Shown here piece after piece: positions 24,600 to 32,982 of a stretch of 32,982 bases of DNA. The first letter of the stretch is position 1, and the number at the start of each line of letters is the position of its first letter. The notes under the pieces were generated by a model. The model searched no databases and was not told the DNA's origin. It worked only from the letters and a program-made list of their open reading frames with translations. The translations under genes were made by a program, and so were the position numbers. The stretch is from sequence record SRR31156797_9514; one strand, given 5' to 3'.

Positions 24600-26352
24600 A
24601 ACCGACATCGTTCTAAACCTCGCGGGAAACCTAGCGGCTAAAGCTCGCCAGTATGGCGCATCCATGAGTGAGTTCGCGAACAAAAACCAGAAAGCAATGA
24701 TGCTGGTTCAAACCACTGCTAGAGCGGCTGGTCGTGGTATCGATGCGCTAGGAAATCGTTATGTAGGCTTAGCCACTACTGTCGCAACTGGTGCCACTGT
24801 TCGTAATATTGGTAACTTCGAAGAGCAAATGACTCGCTTGGGTACCAACGCTAAGTTGACCAGTGATCAAGTTGATGCTCTGTCAAAATCGATTCTTGAT
24901 GTTGCCAACCAAAAAGATGTGCGTGTTAATTTCTCTGAGCTTGCCGCTGGCGTTGATGAGCTGCTTGGTAAGACGGGTGACTTTGAATTCGTGCAAGAAA
25001 ACTTGCAGAACATGGGCTTGTTTATGCAAGCCTTTGGCGTTGATGCCAAAACCACAGGCGGCATTTTCAGCCAGTTCCGCGAGAAAGGTATTCGTGATTC
25101 TCAAGCCGTGATGGATACCATCGATCAGCTTTATGGTCAGTTCGCGATCGGTAGTGTCAACGTTAAGGACTTGGCTTCGATTTCCGAGCAGCTTTTCTCT
25201 ACCTATCAAGGGCAAGGGCCAGAAGCGATTGCTCAAATGTCTGCATTGGTTCAGTTGTTTGCTAAGGCTAAAGGCAACGCGAACGAATCACTGACCTCTA
25301 TCCAAGCGGTGTTCGCTACGTTCTCCGATAAGAAGAAAGTCGAGTTTCTTGATTCAAAAGGAATTAAGGTTTTTAAGGAAGGAACGCAGCAACTAAAAGA
25401 GCCAGTTGACCTATTAATGCAAATCTTAGAGACGGCAAATAACAACCCTCTCGCTCTGGGTGATGTGTTCGACAACACAGCTATTCAAGGTTTGGCTTCA
25501 CTTTATACCGAAGACCGTAAAAACCTATTGAAACAAATGGTGTCTGGTACTGTTGAACTTGGTGCAACTCAAAAGGCTTCAGCGAAAAATGCAGAAACGC
25601 TTAACTCAGCAATGCGCTCTCTTAACAACTCATTTTTCAAGTTAGCCAATGACCGTTTAGCCGACCCAATTATGGACATCGCTGATGCTATCAACAGCGT
25701 TGATGATGAAGCGATTGAACGATGGGCTGAATGGGGCGAGACCGCGCTGTATGTGGTTGGTGGTTTGGTGGCGGCCAAGAAAGGTTTAGATATTGCTGCT
25801 TCTATTAAAACCGTATTTGGCAAATCTGGCCCAATGCCAGGTGGTAAAGGTGGATTCCAAGATTTGGGGGCAATGCCTGTTTATGTGGTCAATATGCCAG
25901 GTGGTGGTCTAGCTGGTGACGGCTCTATGATTGACGGGCCAAGTGGAAGTAATAAAAAAGGTGGAGGTTTGAAAAGTGCTGTTATTACCGTAGCTCAAGC
26001 TTCCATCGTCGCTGCTGGAATTAATGCTGCGTATGACCTAACGGCTCAAGCGGTTACAAACAAAGTTAGACGCAAAGAAGATGTTGATCTCGGTCAGGCT
26101 GGACGCCTTGGTTTGGAGTTTTCTGAAGAAACAAAGAACGCAGTCGTTGTTCCTGGTCTTTTGGATGTGTTCGATGAAATCAAAGCTTGGATGTCGGGTG
26201 GTAATAATCAGACATCAGATTTCAGTCCAAGCATGAGAAACCAATCAGGCGAAATGAGACTGAAGGTTGAGGTTTCCGACGATAGAACAAAAGTCACACC
26301 AACTTATTTACCACCAGGTTTCACCATTGACCCTGATATGGGCGTAAATTAA
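24583..26352 (+). CDS. Tail tape measure protein
   Basis: 589 aa, helical and Ala/Gly-rich, PVYVVN motif; synteny. Confidence 0.9.
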   Translation: MAQRLETDIVLNLAGNLAAKARQYGASMSEFANKNQKAMMLVQTTARAAGRGIDALGNRYVGLATTVATGATVRNIGNFEEQMTRLGTNAKLTSDQVDALSKSILDVANQKDVRVNFSELAAGVDELLGKTGDFEFVQENLQNMGLFMQAFGVDAKTTGGIFSQFREKGIRDSQAVMDTIDQLYGQFAIGSVNVKDLASISEQLFSTYQGQGPEAIAQMSALVQLFAKAKGNANESLTSIQAVFATFSDKKKVEFLDSKGIKVFKEGTQQLKEPVDLLMQILETANNNPLALGDVFDNTAIQGLASLYTEDRKNLLKQMVSGTVELGATQKASAKNAETLNSAMRSLNNSFFKLANDRLADPIMDIADAINSVDDEAIERWAEWGETALYVVGGLVAAKKGLDIAASIKTVFGKSGPMPGGKGGFQDLGAMPVYVVNMPGGGLAGDGSMIDGPSGSNKKGGGLKSAVITVAQASIVAAGINAAYDLTAQAVTNKVRRKEDVDLGQAGRLGLEFSEETKNAVVVPGLLDVFDEIKAWMSGGNNQTSDFSPSMRNQSGEMRLKVEVSDDRTKVTPTYLPPGFTIDPDMGVN

Positions 26353-26363
26353 GGAGGCTTTAA

Positions 26364-27683
26364 ATGTCGTTTGAAGAGCGTTTAAACGCCTCGTTCCGAG
26401 GTGTGAATTTCGAACTGGAAGACATCGACGGCGACATGGGCCGTCGTGCTATTGCGCATCAATACCCAAAACGAAATAAAGGTTACACCGAAGATAACGG
26501 CCAGGTTCTCAACGCTGAGCGTATCAATGGCAAGGTCGTTGGTGATGACTACCTTGATCGCTTTTACAACATTCTTGAAGCCGTCAACAAAGAAGGACCA
26601 GGTGAACTTATTCACCCTTGGTTTGGTGTTCGAAAGGTGCAGGTTGGGCGTGGTAGCTACAAACTGGTCAATAGAACTGAAGGTGTGATTACCTTCAGTT
26701 TTGAAGTGTTCGATGCTGGCGAGAATGTATTCCCAACAGCAAAAAGCGACACGGTGAAAGTGCTTGATGAGCAAGCTTCAGCCACTCAGGAAGCTGCCAA
26801 TAACACCTTTGAAAATGAATACGATGAAACAGCAACAACTGGTATTGGTGACATGGTTGACCAATACCTAGATGATTTGGACGAATTCACTCGTGGCTTG
26901 CCTTCTCTTCCTGATGAGCTGCGTGAATGGACAGACCGCCTGATGAGAGCAAAAGATTCCATTGGTAAGCTGCTCGCTTATCCTGGTGACTTGGCGCGTG
27001 AAATGATGGGCATTCTAGAAGACGTGAAAGGCGTGGTGACAGACCCGATTCGTGCGCTTGAAGTCTACGACAATGTTCAGAACCGTTGGGATGGTATGCG
27101 TGCTGAGTTGGCGGTGACTGGTGGTTTGAATCGCAACGTAGCCAGTGAGAACGGTGTGGCGAGTTCAGTGCCGACTGTGACCAATCAGGCTGAGAAAGAT
27201 GCCATTCTAGCCAACGCTGCGGCTTATCAAAAACTCATCATTAACTCTGCTGCTATTTCGAAAGCGTCAGCCATTAGCAGCACAGAGACAGCTTATAGCT
27301 TATCCGATGAGGTAGAGGTGGTTGCCAGTCTTTCAGGTGCTGAGCGCAATGTGATCATGACAGGCCAACAACTCAAAACCATTGGTTACAAGCTGGCGGC
27401 TGAGCTGGCAGAACTGGCTGAAATCGAAGTGGAAAATGGAAACTCCTCGTTGTGGAGACAGATGCGATCACTGCGTCAGGCTGTGCTTGCTGATACCAAA
27501 GAACGTGCCGAACTGCTGCCACAATTAACGGTGTTTACTCCTACCGTCACGGTTCCTGTTTCGTTGATAGCATGGCAACAAACGGGCGACACAGAACGCA
27601 GAAACAGCATTGTGCGCCGCAATGGTATTCGCAACCCTGCCTTTGTCACTCCTAACGATTCTGTTGAGGTGATCAATGGCTGA
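26364..27683 (+). CDS. N: DNA circularization protein (Mu gpN)
   Basis: ASFRGV.F...GRR...HQYP, GPGELIHPWFG and RNGIRNPAFV motifs. Confidence 0.93.
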   Translation: MSFEERLNASFRGVNFELEDIDGDMGRRAIAHQYPKRNKGYTEDNGQVLNAERINGKVVGDDYLDRFYNILEAVNKEGPGELIHPWFGVRKVQVGRGSYKLVNRTEGVITFSFEVFDAGENVFPTAKSDTVKVLDEQASATQEAANNTFENEYDETATTGIGDMVDQYLDDLDEFTRGLPSLPDELREWTDRLMRAKDSIGKLLAYPGDLAREMMGILEDVKGVVTDPIRALEVYDNVQNRWDGMRAELAVTGGLNRNVASENGVASSVPTVTNQAEKDAILANAAAYQKLIINSAAISKASAISSTETAYSLSDEVEVVASLSGAERNVIMTGQQLKTIGYKLAAELAELAEIEVENGNSSLWRQMRSLRQAVLADTKERAELLPQLTVFTPTVTVPVSLIAWQQTGDTERRNSIVRRNGIRNPAFVTPNDSVEVING

Positions 27684-28749
27684 TAAAATTGTGCTCAGTG
27701 CTGGCGGCAACGTTTACGAAGGTTGGACGAAGATTCGCATCACACGCTCACTGGAAGCGATGGCAGGCTCGTTTGATTTAGAGCTGACCCATAAATGGGA
27801 CGGTTCCGACAGCAAATACAAAGCATTCATGAAGCCAATCCAGCAGGGTGCTCCGTGCGTGGTGAAGATTGGTAATGACAAAGTGATCACTGGGTACGTG
27901 GATGACTGGGTGCCCAGTTACGACGACAGCAAAGTGATGATTTCTGTCAGTGGGCGTGACAAAACGTCAGACCTGATTGACTGCTCGATCATCTATCCTT
28001 CAGGTCAGTTCAAGAATCAGACATTCACACAAATTGCTAAAACCGTATGCCAGCCATTTGGTATTAATGTCGTCGTTGAAACTGACGTAGGCGCAGCCTT
28101 CACATTGGTTCAAATTGAGCAAGGCGAAACGCCACATGAGCTGCTCACTCGCTTAGCTACTCAGCGCGGTGTTTTACTCACCACTAATGGCGAAGGTGAT
28201 TTGGTGATCACCCGTGCAAGCACCAAACGTGCTGGTGTTTCTCTTATCCTGGGAGAAAACATCAAAGCAGCTCGTGGTCGTTTTAGTTGGCGTGAGCGCT
28301 ACAGCCAATTCAAGGTTAAAGGCTCAAGCGACAAGTGGGATGAAAAACCAGAAGTGTCCGGTGGCATTGAGGTCACGGTTCGCGATTCGGATATCAGTCG
28401 TTACCGTCCTTTGATTATTATGAGTGATGAGATTACAACAGCCGACGGCGCATCTAAACGCGGTCAATGGGAGCGCCAGCGAAGTATTGGGCGTTCTAAT
28501 ACTGCGGAATATACCGTCATAGGCTGGCGCATTCCTCAAACAGGCAAGGTTTGGAATGTGAACCAAATTGTTCCTGTTCAAGATGACATTATTGGCCTGA
28601 ACGAAGACATGCTCATCAATACCATTATGTTTAGCGAGGAAGAAGACTCAGGACGCATAGCGGTCATTGGTGTGGTTCGCCCTGATGCACTTAAAATTCC
28701 ACCTCAAGAGAAACTTGAGGCGAAGGATTACTGGAAAGGTAAAAGCTAA
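27676..28749 (+). CDS. P: Baseplate hub (Mu gpP/gp44)
   Basis: YEGW..IRITRSLE..AG.F.L and GRDKTSDLIDCS motifs. Confidence 0.92.
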   Translation: MADKIVLSAGGNVYEGWTKIRITRSLEAMAGSFDLELTHKWDGSDSKYKAFMKPIQQGAPCVVKIGNDKVITGYVDDWVPSYDDSKVMISVSGRDKTSDLIDCSIIYPSGQFKNQTFTQIAKTVCQPFGINVVVETDVGAAFTLVQIEQGETPHELLTRLATQRGVLLTTNGEGDLVITRASTKRAGVSLILGENIKAARGRFSWRERYSQFKVKGSSDKWDEKPEVSGGIEVTVRDSDISRYRPLIIMSDEITTADGASKRGQWERQRSIGRSNTAEYTVIGWRIPQTGKVWNVNQIVPVQDDIIGLNEDMLINTIMFSEEEDSGRIAVIGVVRPDALKIPPQEKLEAKDYWKGKS

Positions 28750-29363
28750 TGGATATGATGGTAAAGCGTTACATTGACCGTTTGCTGATGCCTGTTCGTC
28801 GCCGTTTGTATTCTATGGCTGGTCGTGCGTTGATTACGGCTATCAATGAAGAGTCACAGCGCCAGAAGTTTCAGATACTGATTGATAGTGACGAGTCTAT
28901 GGACGATGTCGAACACTTCCAGCATTACGGGTTTAGTTCAGTACCACCAAAAGGCTCTGAAGCACTCGTTCTTGCGCTCAATGGTAACAACGCAAAGCGA
29001 GTGGCTATCAATGCTGAGAAAAAAGATTTGCGCCCACAAGGTGAAGGTTCAGACGTTTTTCTCTATCATGAGGAAGGCCACAAGATTGGCTTTCTTCGCA
29101 ATGGGAAAGTTCACCTCACAGCAATTGACGTTATTTTAACGGCGTCAAACTCCCTCACTATTATTTCTCCAGAAAACATTATTCAAGGCCCTTTGCACGT
29201 CACTGGTGGTATTTCCACTGACCTTGGTATTTATGCGACTGGCGGTATTACTTCAGCCAGTGTGATCAGCGGATTGGATTTGATGGCTGGCAGCATTAGT
29301 TACCTAGGACACAAACACAGAGATGCAGAGAACAGGCTAACAGGACTACCAACGGTGAGTTAG
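28749..29363 (+). CDS. Baseplate spike (Mu gp45)
   Basis: EHFQHYGFSSVPP and C-terminal HxH metal-binding motif (GHKH). Confidence 0.9.
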   Translation: MDMMVKRYIDRLLMPVRRRLYSMAGRALITAINEESQRQKFQILIDSDESMDDVEHFQHYGFSSVPPKGSEALVLALNGNNAKRVAINAEKKDLRPQGEGSDVFLYHEEGHKIGFLRNGKVHLTAIDVILTASNSLTIISPENIIQGPLHVTGGISTDLGIYATGGITSASVISGLDLMAGSISYLGHKHRDAENRLTGLPTVS

Positions 29364-29365
29364 TT

Positions 29366-29815
29366 ATGAGCAGCATCTTGTTAGAGATGGCACAAAATGC
29401 GGGTGTGATTATCGAGGGCAATGTTACTGATGAATCAGTTGCTGCCCTCGTTTTGATCTCCTATTTCACTGATGCTCGCGCTGATTCTTCAGACGAATTG
29501 CCAGATGGTACGGACGATTTAAGAGGTTGGCCTGGTGATAGTTTTTCAGACCAACCTTGGGGTTCAAAACTGTGGTTGTTGTTTCGCGAGAAACTGACCA
29601 CAGATGTTCGTAACCGAGCTGTGAAATATTGCGAAGACGCACTGGCTTGGATGTTGGTCGATTCAGGTCAAGGCCGCATGGCAAAGAGTGTAAAAGTGAC
29701 AGGCTCTATTCCAGCGTTTCAGACATTAGCCTTGAATACCGTAATCACCAAACCGGATGGCACAGAGATGTCATTCACTGTATCTAAACGATGGGAGGCG
29801 CAACGTGCCGTTTAA
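29366..29815 (+). CDS. Baseplate protein (Mu gp46)
   Basis: ISYFTDARA, RGWPGD, GSKLWLL.REK and ALAWM motifs. Confidence 0.9.
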   Translation: MSSILLEMAQNAGVIIEGNVTDESVAALVLISYFTDARADSSDELPDGTDDLRGWPGDSFSDQPWGSKLWLLFREKLTTDVRNRAVKYCEDALAWMLVDSGQGRMAKSVKVTGSIPAFQTLALNTVITKPDGTEMSFTVSKRWEAQRAV

Positions 29816-30872
29816 CGTTCCTACGCTAAGACAACTGAATGCTGATGGATGGGCAGACGTTGAAGCTTCTCTCGATGAAGTGCTTCCAAAATTTGGTGTT
29901 GAAAAGGCGCTGAATAGCTCGGTAAGCTCCGCTATACGCGACCTCTACGACTACCAGACGCTTATTGTGCGTCAAATCATTCCTACCACTGAATCTGAAG
30001 ACCAAACCATTGTTGATATAGCGCGAACCGAAGGCGTAATTCGTAAGCTTGCGAGTGGTGCTATTGGTCCTGTGTCATTTACTGGCACGAGTCCGATTCC
30101 AGTTGATACGGTCATGACGCATCAAGATGGACGCGCATATCGTGTGACTTCATCAGCATCACCTGAAGGCGGAACAGTCGTCGTTCAAGTTCAATCTGAA
30201 GATGTAGGCAGTGAAACAAACCTAGATGCTGGTGAAGAGCTAACGCTTTCAGGCACTGTTCCAGGTGTATCTCCTATCGGGTTGTCAGGTGGGCTTTCCG
30301 GTGGTGCTGCTATTGAGCCAATCGCTCAGTTGTTAGAACGATTGTTGTTCCGTAAGCGCAATCCGCCTATGGGTGGCGCAGAGCATGATTATGTGGCTTG
30401 GTGTCGTGAAGTGGATGGAGTAAGCCGTGCTTGGGCTATTGGCGCTTATCAAGGTGGTTCTACGATGGGTTATGCGTTTGTTTTTGATGAACGCGAAGAT
30501 ATTTTCCCAACGATTACCGACAAGCAAGCAATGTCGGATTACATCTACAGGCACCAAGACCCAGCAACAGGCGTGTTTGTTGGGCGTCCTGCGGGTATCG
30601 AAGCCATCAATATAGATTTGACTGCCAAGACTACGGATTTGGCGATTCAGCTAACTCCAGACACCGCCGACAATCGCACGGCAGTATTAACGAATTTGCA
30701 AAGCTACTGGGCGACGTTGTCACCTGGTTCAACATTAATTTTGGCTAAGGTGCGCACGGCTATCGGTGAGATTGATGGTGTTGATAATTACGCTCTCGAT
30801 CTTAATGCTGATGTCACATCAGCAACGGAAGAGCTGCACGTTCTTGGAGAGGTCGCATGGGCCATTCCGTAG
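29805..30872 (+). CDS. Baseplate J-like wedge protein (Mu gp47)
   Basis: GTG 29805 follows GGGAGG; GGA..E and PPMGGA.HDY..W...V.GV.RAW motifs. Confidence 0.9.
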   Translation: MPFNVPTLRQLNADGWADVEASLDEVLPKFGVEKALNSSVSSAIRDLYDYQTLIVRQIIPTTESEDQTIVDIARTEGVIRKLASGAIGPVSFTGTSPIPVDTVMTHQDGRAYRVTSSASPEGGTVVVQVQSEDVGSETNLDAGEELTLSGTVPGVSPIGLSGGLSGGAAIEPIAQLLERLLFRKRNPPMGGAEHDYVAWCREVDGVSRAWAIGAYQGGSTMGYAFVFDEREDIFPTITDKQAMSDYIYRHQDPATGVFVGRPAGIEAINIDLTAKTTDLAIQLTPDTADNRTAVLTNLQSYWATLSPGSTLILAKVRTAIGEIDGVDNYALDLNADVTSATEELHVLGEVAWAIP

Positions 30873-31444
30873 AACAATGGACCAACGTCATTATGGCGAA
30901 TATGCCACGGGGTATCATTTGGTCCCGTGAGCATACGCTAAAGCTTTATCAATATGCGGCTGGTTATGCACCACGTCTTAAGGCAGCAGAAGAAAACGCA
31001 GATAACATCCTTTTGGAAATGCGCCCAGAGACAACGGTGCAAATGCTTCCTGAATGGGAATGGTACTTAGGGCTTCCTGAATGCAATGTCGAAAAGCAAA
31101 CCTTAGAAACCAGACGTGACGCTGTAGTAGAAAAATTCCATCGCAAAGGTGGCCTGCAAGCTTGGAACATTGAAAAGCTAGCGGCTGACCTTGGCTTTGA
31201 TGTTGAAGTGCAGGAAATATTTCCTCACCACTGTCTTCGTGGGTGTACCTATCCGCTTTATGAAGAGAAGTACCGCCACTTATTAACTATTAACGTCAAA
31301 GGCATCACGCAATCTTACGCAACATGCCTTGATGACTGTTTAACCCCACTCGTATCACAAACCGCCGCAGCTCTTGAATGCACGTTGAACAAAATCAAGA
31401 TGGGCGGTAAGTACTACGACTTTATTTATGAGGAGAGCGTGTAA
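30857..31444 (+). CDS. Baseplate protein (Mu gp48, DUF2313/YmfQ)
   Basis: PRGIIW, P.T...MLPEWE..LGLP and LEC.L motifs. Confidence 0.88.
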   Translation: MGHSVEQWTNVIMANMPRGIIWSREHTLKLYQYAAGYAPRLKAAEENADNILLEMRPETTVQMLPEWEWYLGLPECNVEKQTLETRRDAVVEKFHRKGGLQAWNIEKLAADLGFDVEVQEIFPHHCLRGCTYPLYEEKYRHLLTINVKGITQSYATCLDDCLTPLVSQTAAALECTLNKIKMGGKYYDFIYEESV

Positions 31445-32325
31445 TGCATCCTTTGCATAATGGCTCGCAGGTTACTGAGCGCCCAGCCAGAAAAACGCCA
31501 TCTGGAACCATGGGTTACTTTTCAGAAAGTAATGAAAATGGCGCTCCAAGTTATCCAGGTGCAGACTTCTTCAATGACCAGATAGACGAGTTCAAGAATG
31601 CACTGGCAGTTATGGGGATCGCCTACGATGAAACCAAAGTTGATCATCTGGCCCAGTTGTTTATATCAGTTAGCAAGTCTGTCCCAGTCTATAGCGCAAC
31701 AACAGTTTATACGTATGGTGACATCGTTCAAAAAACAATTGGTGGTGTTAAGAAGTTTTTCCAATGGTACTCAAATGTAGAGTCATTATCTGGTAAAGAC
31801 CCCGAACTTGCCGCTAATCGTCGAACTGGTTGGAGTGATACAACTAAGCCGTTTTATTGGTTGCCATATTCACCGAAAGTAGCTGGTGAAACTATTTATT
31901 GGGATACCGACGCAACTCCAGAAAATATGGTAGTTGGTATCGGGCAGCAGTTGCCTGTAGCTGTTTATCACACGTTAGCAGCGGCTAAACCTGAGTGGAT
32001 TGATGGCGTAGACAATACGTTACTCAACATTCCAGATAGACAAGGTCGCTTTGTTCGTGGGGCTAATGGTGCTAATTGGATGGCGGGTAATACACATGAG
32101 GATGCAATCAGAAGTATCACTGGTTATCTTACCGATATTTCAGGAGGTGTAAGCTCAGGTAGTTCTGGGGTGTTCTCGAATACGTTTTTAGGCGGTGTTA
32201 CTGCTGGAACAGGCTCGTCAACACTATACCAAAATACATATTCATTTGACGTGTCCAGACAAGTTCCCGTGGCACCAGAAATCCAGCCAAAGGCATACAT
32301 TGAATGGGTAGGATACGCACTATGA
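31444..32325 (+). CDS. Short tail fibre protein
   Basis: Mu-like N-terminal anchor (GYF.E...PS..GADFFN); collar-like PDRQGRFVRG; C-terminal FDVSRQVP.A.E..P. Confidence 0.8.
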   Translation: MHPLHNGSQVTERPARKTPSGTMGYFSESNENGAPSYPGADFFNDQIDEFKNALAVMGIAYDETKVDHLAQLFISVSKSVPVYSATTVYTYGDIVQKTIGGVKKFFQWYSNVESLSGKDPELAANRRTGWSDTTKPFYWLPYSPKVAGETIYWDTDATPENMVVGIGQQLPVAVYHTLAAAKPEWIDGVDNTLLNIPDRQGRFVRGANGANWMAGNTHEDAIRSITGYLTDISGGVSSGSSGVFSNTFLGGVTAGTGSSTLYQNTYSFDVSRQVPVAPEIQPKAYIEWVGYAL

Positions 32326-32882
32326 TTGACTTTTATTATACATATAACAAAGAGACTCTGATTGTTAATCAGAAAGGTATCTCTACAACACTTCGTCAGG
32401 CGCTTCCTGAATACCCTCGTGATGCATTACTGAGTAAACCGCTACCAGAGAAAGAGGGGGTTGTGGTTCGTGTTTGTGACTTTGAAAACGGACGACCAAC
32501 CGCAACAGAATACGTCGCCGACCACCGTGGCAAAACCATCTACAACAAATCCAATCCACTAGAATCCAAGCAAGTAGAAAAACTAGGTGAGATCGAACAA
32601 GGTTGGACACTAAACAAGTCACCACACCAATACGTCACTTGGAACGAAGCGCTAGACGATTGGGAAGTAGACACGCAAGCTAAATACGAAGCTGAACTTC
32701 AGCAAGTAGCCAACACTCGCGAAAGCCTTTATGTGCAGATAGTTGATCGTCTAAACAACGAAGCCAAAATGATTCGTCGTGTTGAAGGGAACGAGGCTAA
32801 AGCTGCTGAGTATGAATCGCAAGCCGATGCGGCTTACGTGAAAATTCGTGAAGACAATCCTTGGCCTGAGTTTCCAGTTTAA
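32322..32882 (+). CDS. Tail fibre assembly chaperone
   Basis: ATGA overlap; DHRGKTIY...LGEI..GWT...P...WN motif and terminal WPE.P. Confidence 0.8.
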   Translation: MIDFYYTYNKETLIVNQKGISTTLRQALPEYPRDALLSKPLPEKEGVVVRVCDFENGRPTATEYVADHRGKTIYNKSNPLESKQVEKLGEIEQGWTLNKSPHQYVTWNEALDDWEVDTQAKYEAELQQVANTRESLYVQIVDRLNNEAKMIRRVEGNEAKAAEYESQADAAYVKIREDNPWPEFPV

Positions 32883-32910
32883 ATACGCTTTAAATTACCT
32901 TTAAACATGT

Positions 32911-32978
32911 AAAATGAGCACTATAGGTAGTGCTCATTTTTGTAGTCCAACTGTGCTCAAATACGGCGACGCGCTACA
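32911..32978 (-). repeat. Right end (attR) with putative sites R1, R2 and inverted R3
   Basis: Read from the right end, TGAGCA lies at offsets 20-25 and 43-48. A third, inverted copy creates the perfect inverted repeat AAAATGAGCACTA-TAGG-TAGTGCTCATTTT (32911-32940). Confidence 0.82.
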
Positions 32979-32982
32979 TTCG

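Larger units (their letters stand above)
1..32978 (+). mobile_element. Complete Mu-like transposable (pro)phage, myovirus-type
   Basis: Starts TGTA and ends TACA (32975-32978). TGAGCA lies at offset 20-25 from both ends. Full Mu-like gene order from repressor/ner/A/B to tail fibre. Confidence 0.95.

Noticed and set aside
1989-32625. Numerous minus-strand and nested ORFs in the six-frame track (e.g. 3152-3616, 12509-13030)
   Set aside because: They are shadows of well-supported plus-strand genes and show no recognisable motifs.
31444-32882. Diversity-generating retroelement or invertible tail-fibre cassette
   Set aside because: No reverse transcriptase, template/variable repeat pair, recombinase or second fibre end is visible.
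1-32982. CRISPR array, tRNA genes, introns or inteins
   Set aside because: No repeat-spacer series or cloverleaf seen. Terminase, portal and capsid are normal length and uninterrupted.
32979-32982. Target-site duplication
   Set aside because: Cannot be evaluated: there is no left flank and only 4 nt of right flank.

Overview
The window holds an apparently complete Mu-like (transposable, contractile-tailed) phage genome, 1..32978, bounded by TGTA...TACA ends and followed by 4 flanking bases. The host is probably a Vibrio-like gammaproteobacterium (impression from protein families, not proven). Gene order is Mu-like: a divergent repressor (here CI/LexA S24-type, not Mu c-type), ner, transposase A, ATPase B, a semi-essential region, gemA, a Mor/C activator, lysis genes, terminase/portal/head genes, tail and baseplate, and one short tail fibre with its chaperone. 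I see no gin, com or mom. The best non-coding signals are: (1) a fully formed type II hammerhead ribozyme with a pseudoknot at 8355-8420, between two early genes; (2) a ~240-nt multi-helix RNA just downstream of the major capsid gene; (3) arrays of TTTAAA phased at 11 bp at both ends, near the centre and at several gene junctions; (4) a Mu-type -2 frameshift site in the tail chaperone gene; (5) readable transposase end sites, repressor operators and a shared late-promoter motif. Protein family calls come from motif recognition and synteny, not database searches.
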